Origin: Myxococcales bacterium
GTDB taxonomy: Bacteria > Myxococcota_A > UBA9042
DNA: 38,226 nucleotides
Direction of reading: 5' to 3'
NCBI GenBank assembly: GCA_037441385.1
Contig: JBBISH010000059.1
Coordinates: forward strand, 1 to 38,226
Shown: piece after piece, positions 33,436 through 38,226 of the stretch
How positions within the stretch are numbered: position 1 is the stretch's first letter
Layout: each line of letters begins with the position of its first letter
Position numbers and translations under genes: made by a program
The notes under the pieces: model-generated
What the model was told of the DNA's origin: nothing
Databases searched by the model: none
The model's input: the letters and a program-made list of their open reading frames with translations, nothing else

Positions 33436-35138
33436 ACGGCAAGAGCTCCGGCTGCCTGCAGACGCGCCACAGCAGCGGCAAAATCATCGTGGATCAGCAG
33501 TACGAGCAGGTCGCCCGGCCGCAGCCACGCCAAAGCATGGTCCAAAGCGGCGGATTCGTCCATGGCGACGCTGATTTGGCCTTCCGAAATACCGTGTTGC
33601 AGCAGGCGGGCCCGCATGTGCGCCGTCACGCTTCCCAACTGGCGGCCGCGCAGATAGTGCAGCGACTCTTTGAGCACGTACTGATCGGCCTGCAGCGCCA
33701 CGGCCTGGTCGATCAGGTCGGCGATGGCCTGGTCGCTGCGATCCCCGGCCTGCCCCAGCGTAATCAGCCGCCGCGCCGACGGAATCGTCTGGGCGAGCGC
33801 GACCATATGGCGCACGCCGTCGGGGTTGTGGGCAAAGTCGACCACGATCTTGGCGCCGCCCAAGGTAAACACGTTGGCGCGACCGGGGTTGTCCTTTGGA
33901 GTCGAGGCAAACGTGCGCAGCCCGTCGCGGATCGCCTCCCACGGCAGGCCCAGATTGCGGCCGCCCAGGATCGCGCCAAGCGCGTTCTCGATGTTGTGCA
34001 AGGCGGCGCCGCCAAAGCAGATCGGCACCTCGTCCACGTTCGCCACCTGGATCATGTGTGATCCGCGCTGCCAGATCAGCTTGCCGGAGCGCTCGTAGGC
34101 CACTTCGCCCTGACGTTCCAGGGCTTGCTGGAGCATGTCGGGAAACGGCGACAGACCGAACCAGGCCACCTCGACGCCCGCCGGCACCGCCGCCGGATCG
34201 CGCAACACCTGCCCACTGATGGGATTGCCGGCGTTGGCCACCAGCACGCCGCCGGGCCGCACACCTTGGGCCACCACCAGCTTGGCGTGCAGCATGTCCT
34301 CGACCGTGTCGATGCCCCACTCGCCCAGGTGATCGTCGCTGGCGTTGGTAACGATCGCCACGTCGGCCATGGTGTGCGCCAGCCCGCGCCGCAACAAACC
34401 GCCGCGCGCCGCCTCGAGCACCGCCACTTCAACCCTGGGATCGCGCATCACCTTGCGCGCCGCGCCGGGGCCGGTCCAGTCGCCGCCCTCGATCGTGGCG
34501 CCGTCGATGCCCCAGCCGTCGGTGGTGGTGGTGCCGACGTGCAAACCGGCGCAGCGCGCCATCCTGGACAGGAGCCGGGCGGTCGTGGTCTTGCCGTTGG
34601 TGCCCGTCACGTAGGCCGACGGAATCCGGTCAAAACGCTCGGGCTCCAGCTCTTCGGGGTCAGGCAAGTCCGCCATCGGCCAGCACAAACAACTTGGACC
34701 CAGGCCCAGCGAGACCACGTCGCTGTCCCACAGGAACGCCACGCTGTGCAGCCGGGCCCAGTCGCGCAGCCGCACCAGCTTGGGATTGGCTTCTTGCCGG
34801 CTGCGTTCCAGCAGCGTCTGCCGCGCTTGCCGCCAGCCGCCCCACTGACCAGGATCCACAGCATATTCAGCGATATCCGTGGCCACCAGCAGCTGATCGA
34901 TCGGCGCCGAGAACGCCCAACTGGCCCCGCTGGCGTGGCGCCGCAGCCGCCATTGCACCCCAAAGCCGCGCTGCGCCCAGCCCAAGGCGCGGATCATCGC
35001 CGCGACCCGCCTTTGCCACGCCGCCTTAGCCCGGCCGGGGAGGTCTCCGGGCTCGAACACGATCTCTACGGCCGCACCTTCGCAGGGCAGCAAGAAGTTC
35101 GGTCCAGTCAGGCGACGGCCGCCATCCAGGGTCTTCAC
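33432..35138 (-). CDS. Cyanophycin synthetase-related Mur-ligase protein lacking the ATP-grasp domain
   Basis: GTG 35138 overlaps the cphA stop. N-terminal RRLTGPN (CphA N-domain-like), then VTGTNGKTTT, GDWTGP, AVLEAARGGLLRRGL, DHLG, NPGR.N and DFAHNP. No ATP-grasp motifs. Confidence 0.82.
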   Translation of the reverse strand: MKTLDGGRRLTGPNFLLPCEGAAVEIVFEPGDLPGRAKAAWQRRVAAMIRALGWAQRGFGVQWRLRRHASGASWAFSAPIDQLLVATDIAEYAVDPGQWGGWRQARQTLLERSRQEANPKLVRLRDWARLHSVAFLWDSDVVSLGLGPSCLCWPMADLPDPEELEPERFDRIPSAYVTGTNGKTTTARLLSRMARCAGLHVGTTTTDGWGIDGATIEGGDWTGPGAARKVMRDPRVEVAVLEAARGGLLRRGLAHTMADVAIVTNASDDHLGEWGIDTVEDMLHAKLVVAQGVRPGGVLVANAGNPISGQVLRDPAAVPAGVEVAWFGLSPFPDMLQQALERQGEVAYERSGKLIWQRGSHMIQVANVDEVPICFGGAALHNIENALGAILGGRNLGLPWEAIRDGLRTFASTPKDNPGRANVFTLGGAKIVVDFAHNPDGVRHMVALAQTIPSARRLITLGQAGDRSDQAIADLIDQAVALQADQYVLKESLHYLRGRQLGSVTAHMRARLLQHGISEGQISVAMDESAALDHALAWLRPGDLLVLLIHDDFAAAVARLQAAGALAV

Positions 35139-37927
35139 TAATCGGCCTCTTCGCCCTTGGCGATGCGCACGCCGCGCTCGTCGCGCACCAGCGAGCCGGC
35201 CATCTGCAGGTCTTCTTCTTCGGCCGCCGGTTCCGTCGCGGGCGAAGCAGCCTCGGCCAAACCCGCGCGCTGCTGCTGGTAGTAGATGATCTGCTTCCAC
35301 GAGCGGCTGACTTTGTCGCAGAACGCCAGCAGCAGGTCGCCGGGTTGGCACATGTCCAAGGCCAGCTGGATGGCTTCGACCTCGCCCTGAACTTGAGTGA
35401 TCTTCTCGGGATCGACGCCGGCCTGCACCAGCCCGTCGCGCAGCAAGCGCGGCACCTCGTCCAAGTCGCGGCCGCGCGGATTGTCGTCGCGGCGCACGAT
35501 GAACTGGTCAAAATGCGGCGCGGCGATGCGGGCCAGCGCATAAATGTCTTCGTTGCGGCGGTCGCCTGGCGCCGACAGCACCACGACGCGCTTGCCGTCG
35601 GGACCCAACTGCCCACCCTGAACCAGCCGGTCGGCCAACACGCACATCGCCTCGACCGCGGCGGCGTTGTGGCCGTAGTCCAAGATGACGCGGAAGCCCA
35701 GGCCGTCAAAGATGTTCATCCGGCCCGGCGCCTGGAAGTAGGTCGTGTCAAAGGTGCGCAGGCCGTGGCGAATGTCGTCGAACTTGACGCCCATCGCCGC
35801 CGCCATCGCCGCCGCGAACATGGCGTTCTGCACGTTGTGGATGGCCTTGCCCTCCAGCGTGGCCGGGATCAAGTGCGTCCACAGCAGCGGGATGTGCGAG
35901 CCGCGGTCGTAGATGGCGATCATCTGGCCATTGACGCCATCTTCCAGCGCCACCGCCTTGCCTCCCGAGCGAATGTGTTCGCGGACCAAGCCGTTGCGCG
36001 GGTTCGTCGTCACGTACCAGATGTGCTTGGCCTCGCTGTGATCGGCCATGGCGAGACACAGCGGGTCGTCGGCGTTCAGCACCACCGCGTCGCGCGCCAC
36101 CTCGATCGGGATACGCTTGACGTAGGCCAACTGCTCGACGGTGTCGATGCCACCCAGACCCAGGTGATCCTCGGCCACATTGAGGCAGCAGGCTACGTCG
36201 GGGGCGCGATAGCCCAGCCCCGAGCGCAGCAGGCCGCCGCGCGCCGTCTCGAGCACGGCCACGCTGACGGACGGATCGCGCAGCACCATCTGCGCCGACT
36301 GCGGCCCGGTCATGTCGCCTTCGACCGTGCGCCGGCCGTCGATGTACACGCCGTCGGTGGTGGTCATGCCCACGATCTCGCCCTTGAGCTTGAAGATGTG
36401 CCCCAGCATGCGGGTGGTGGTGGTTTTGCCGTTGGTGCCGGTGATGGCGGCGATGGGGATGCGCGACGGCGCGCCGGGCGCGAACAGCATGTCGATGACC
36501 TTGCTGGCCACGTCGCGGGGCTTGCCCTCGCTGGGCGCCACGTGCATTCGGAAGCCAGGCGCGGCGTTGACTTCGCAGATGCCGCCGCCGACTTCGCGGT
36601 AGCTGTGGGTGATGTCGGGGGTCAAAAAGTCCACCCCGATCACGTCGAGGCCGATGGCCTGGGCCACCCGCACCGCCATCTCGGCGTTGTCGGGGTGGAC
36701 CTGGTCGGTCAGATCGATCGCCGTGCCGCCGGTCGACAGGTTGCCGGTCGAGCGCAGGTACAGGATCTTACCGGCCGGCAGCACGCTGTCTTTGGCGTAG
36801 CCCGCCGCCTCCATCAGCCTCAGCCCCTGGTGGTCCAATTCCAAGCGCGTGAGCACCTTTTCGTGGCCCACGCCGCGCCGCGGGTCGCGGTTGGTGATCT
36901 CGACCAGCTGCTCCACGGTGTGCTCGCCGTCGCCGATCACATGGCCCGGCACGCGCTTGGCCACCGCCACCAGCTCGCCGTTCACCACCAGCATCCGGTG
37001 GTCGTCGCCCGTGATGAACGACTCGACCAGCACGGCGCGGCTGTGCTCTTTGGCCTTGTCAAAAGCGACCTCGACCTGATCCATGTTGCCCAGGTTCACG
37101 GACACGCCGCGGCCGTGGTTGGCATTCAACGGCTTGATCACCAAGGGATAGCCCACGCGACGCACGGCGCGCGCGCACTCTTCCTTGCTGTACACCATCT
37201 CTTGCTTGGGCACGGGCAGGCCCAGATCGCCCAGGATTTTGTTGGTTTCCTGCTTGTCCGACGCCAGCTCGACCGCGATGTGCCGCGTCTCGCTGGTCAC
37301 CGTGGCCTGAATGCGGCGCTGGTATTTGCCATAACCGAATTGCACCAGCGAATAGTCGTTCAGGCGCAACCACGGAATATCCCGGTCTTCGGCCGCGTGG
37401 ACCAGGCTGAGGGTCGACGGACCCAGCGCGCGCCGCTGCACTTCGCGGATGAGCGAGGTCAACTCGCGGGCAAAATCGAAGTCGGGCTCCGCGTCGGGAA
37501 CCAGCTCGGGCCCCACCAGGTGGTGCAGCAGCTGCAGCGCCAATTCCACCGCCGCCTGGCCGGCGCGCGCGTCTTCGTACTCGAAGACCACATGGTATTC
37601 GCCGTGCTTGCCGGTGCCGCGGGTCTTGCCAAAGGTGACCTTGGCGCCGCACAGGTTCTGCAGCTCGATGACCACGTGCTCCAACACGTGCCCCATCCAG
37701 GTGCCCACGCCGTCCTCGCGCATACGAGTGATGAAGCCGCCGCGCACGCCGGGCGAGCAGGTGTGCTCTTCCAGGCTGGGCAGCGCTGCCAGCAACCGGT
37801 CGACAAAGCCTGGGATTTTGGCGCTGGGCCAGTCTTCCAGGACGCCCAGCTGCAGGGTCAGCCGCATGCAGCGGAAGTGTGCATACAGGTTCGGGCCTTG
37901 ATAGACCCGTGTTTCAAGGACTTTCAT
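35138..37927 (-). CDS. cphA: Cyanophycin synthetase
   Basis: N domain (YQGPN; EHTCS..GGF..GHVLEHV..ELQ), ATP-grasp (VIKPLNANHGRGV, NLSTGG, CEVNAAPGFRMH) and Mur domain (ITGTNGKTTT, ETARGGLLRSGL, DYGHN). 929 aa. Confidence 0.96.
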   Translation of the reverse strand: MKVLETRVYQGPNLYAHFRCMRLTLQLGVLEDWPSAKIPGFVDRLLAALPSLEEHTCSPGVRGGFITRMREDGVGTWMGHVLEHVVIELQNLCGAKVTFGKTRGTGKHGEYHVVFEYEDARAGQAAVELALQLLHHLVGPELVPDAEPDFDFARELTSLIREVQRRALGPSTLSLVHAAEDRDIPWLRLNDYSLVQFGYGKYQRRIQATVTSETRHIAVELASDKQETNKILGDLGLPVPKQEMVYSKEECARAVRRVGYPLVIKPLNANHGRGVSVNLGNMDQVEVAFDKAKEHSRAVLVESFITGDDHRMLVVNGELVAVAKRVPGHVIGDGEHTVEQLVEITNRDPRRGVGHEKVLTRLELDHQGLRLMEAAGYAKDSVLPAGKILYLRSTGNLSTGGTAIDLTDQVHPDNAEMAVRVAQAIGLDVIGVDFLTPDITHSYREVGGGICEVNAAPGFRMHVAPSEGKPRDVASKVIDMLFAPGAPSRIPIAAITGTNGKTTTTRMLGHIFKLKGEIVGMTTTDGVYIDGRRTVEGDMTGPQSAQMVLRDPSVSVAVLETARGGLLRSGLGYRAPDVACCLNVAEDHLGLGGIDTVEQLAYVKRIPIEVARDAVVLNADDPLCLAMADHSEAKHIWYVTTNPRNGLVREHIRSGGKAVALEDGVNGQMIAIYDRGSHIPLLWTHLIPATLEGKAIHNVQNAMFAAAMAAAMGVKFDDIRHGLRTFDTTYFQAPGRMNIFDGLGFRVILDYGHNAAAVEAMCVLADRLVQGGQLGPDGKRVVVLSAPGDRRNEDIYALARIAAPHFDQFIVRRDDNPRGRDLDEVPRLLRDGLVQAGVDPEKITQVQGEVEAIQLALDMCQPGDLLLAFCDKVSRSWKQIIYYQQQRAGLAEAASPATEPAAEEEDLQMAGSLVRDERGVRIAKGEEAD

Positions 37928-38042
37928 GCGTGCGGACTCGTGCGGCGCGGGCTGGTGCGCACTCAGTCTGCAAGGTTACCACGGGGCCGGCGCGGCGGGT
38001 AGGCTCTCCCACGGCCTGGTGGGATCGCCTTTGGGCAAGTGC

Positions 38043-38174
38043 TTTTACTCGGACAAGGGCCTAGAACTGCCGCATATTCATGTGGATTACGGCAAGTGCA
38101 AGGTCTGGTTACAGCCCGTGCGTCTTGCGCGAGTTGAGAACGTGGCGGCGTTTGAAGCCTACCTTACCGGTTAG
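38043..38174 (+). pseudogene. Probable remnant of a DUF4160 (HicA-like) gene
   Basis: The translation FYSDKGLELPHIHVDYGKCKVWLQPVRLAR matches the FYS..E.PH.HV...K.WL.PV.LA pattern I recall for DUF4160. No convincing start codon. Confidence 0.55.
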
Positions 38175-38179
38175 GGGCC

Positions 38180-38208
38180 GTGACACGAATAGTCCGTATT
38201 GTTATGAT
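38180..38208 (+). promoter_or_regulatory. Putative sigma70 promoter (extended -10) for a gene starting at the window edge
   Basis: GTGACA (38180-38185), 17-nt spacer, TGn-TATGAT (38203-38208). ATG at 38218. Confidence 0.4.
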
Positions 38209-38226
38209 GTTGGCCGCATGAGCCCT

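Noticed and set aside
6587..38002. Long antisense ORFs (e.g. 6587-8830, 8843-10402, 22189-24690, 35345-38002)
   Set aside because: These are shadow ORFs opposite well-supported genes. They are expected in high-GC DNA with strong codon bias and contain no recognisable motifs.
1..38226. Genome-wide TAG reassignment (alternative genetic code), suggested by two in-frame ambers
   Set aside because: Many clearly complete genes end in TAG at their natural C-termini (e.g. 8956, 10432, 20861, 25452, 31623, and cphA at 35138-35140, where it overlaps the next start), so TAG is a normal stop here.

Overview
GC-rich (roughly two-thirds GC by eye) bacterial chromosomal segment. The gene content (Cys-rich CDDGNxCT repeat surface proteins, many lipoproteins, a TPR protein with a C-terminal membrane hairpin) suggests a Myxococcota/deltaproteobacterial genome; this is an inference. 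The left third holds a partial Cys-repeat/beta-propeller protein, a TPR protein, a decayed DUF2254-like gene, a lysozyme-like RNNNPGN protein, a tandem chagasin (I42) lipoprotein, a ~1094-codon alpha/beta-hydrolase lipoprotein split by one in-frame TAG, a GH5 endoglycoceramidase-like lipoprotein, an LRR protein, an SDR and an orphan substrate-binding protein. The middle holds four radical-SAM domains in three genes plus a UbiA prenyltransferase. These lie divergent from a TetR gene, which is preceded by three phased TGAC-N6-GTCA operator-like sites and heads an efflux operon whose RND permease is fused to a TolC domain through an apparent internal signal peptide. The right part holds a Cys-rich lipoprotein, a GDT1 half-transporter, small lipoproteins separated by miniature inverted-repeat elements, a DnaC-like ATPase coupled to a GspF/PilC-like gene, and a cphA - Mur-ligase paralog - MFS - lipoprotein operon. 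No rRNA, tRNA, CRISPR array or transposase was recognised. All family calls come from reading motifs by eye, not from database searches.
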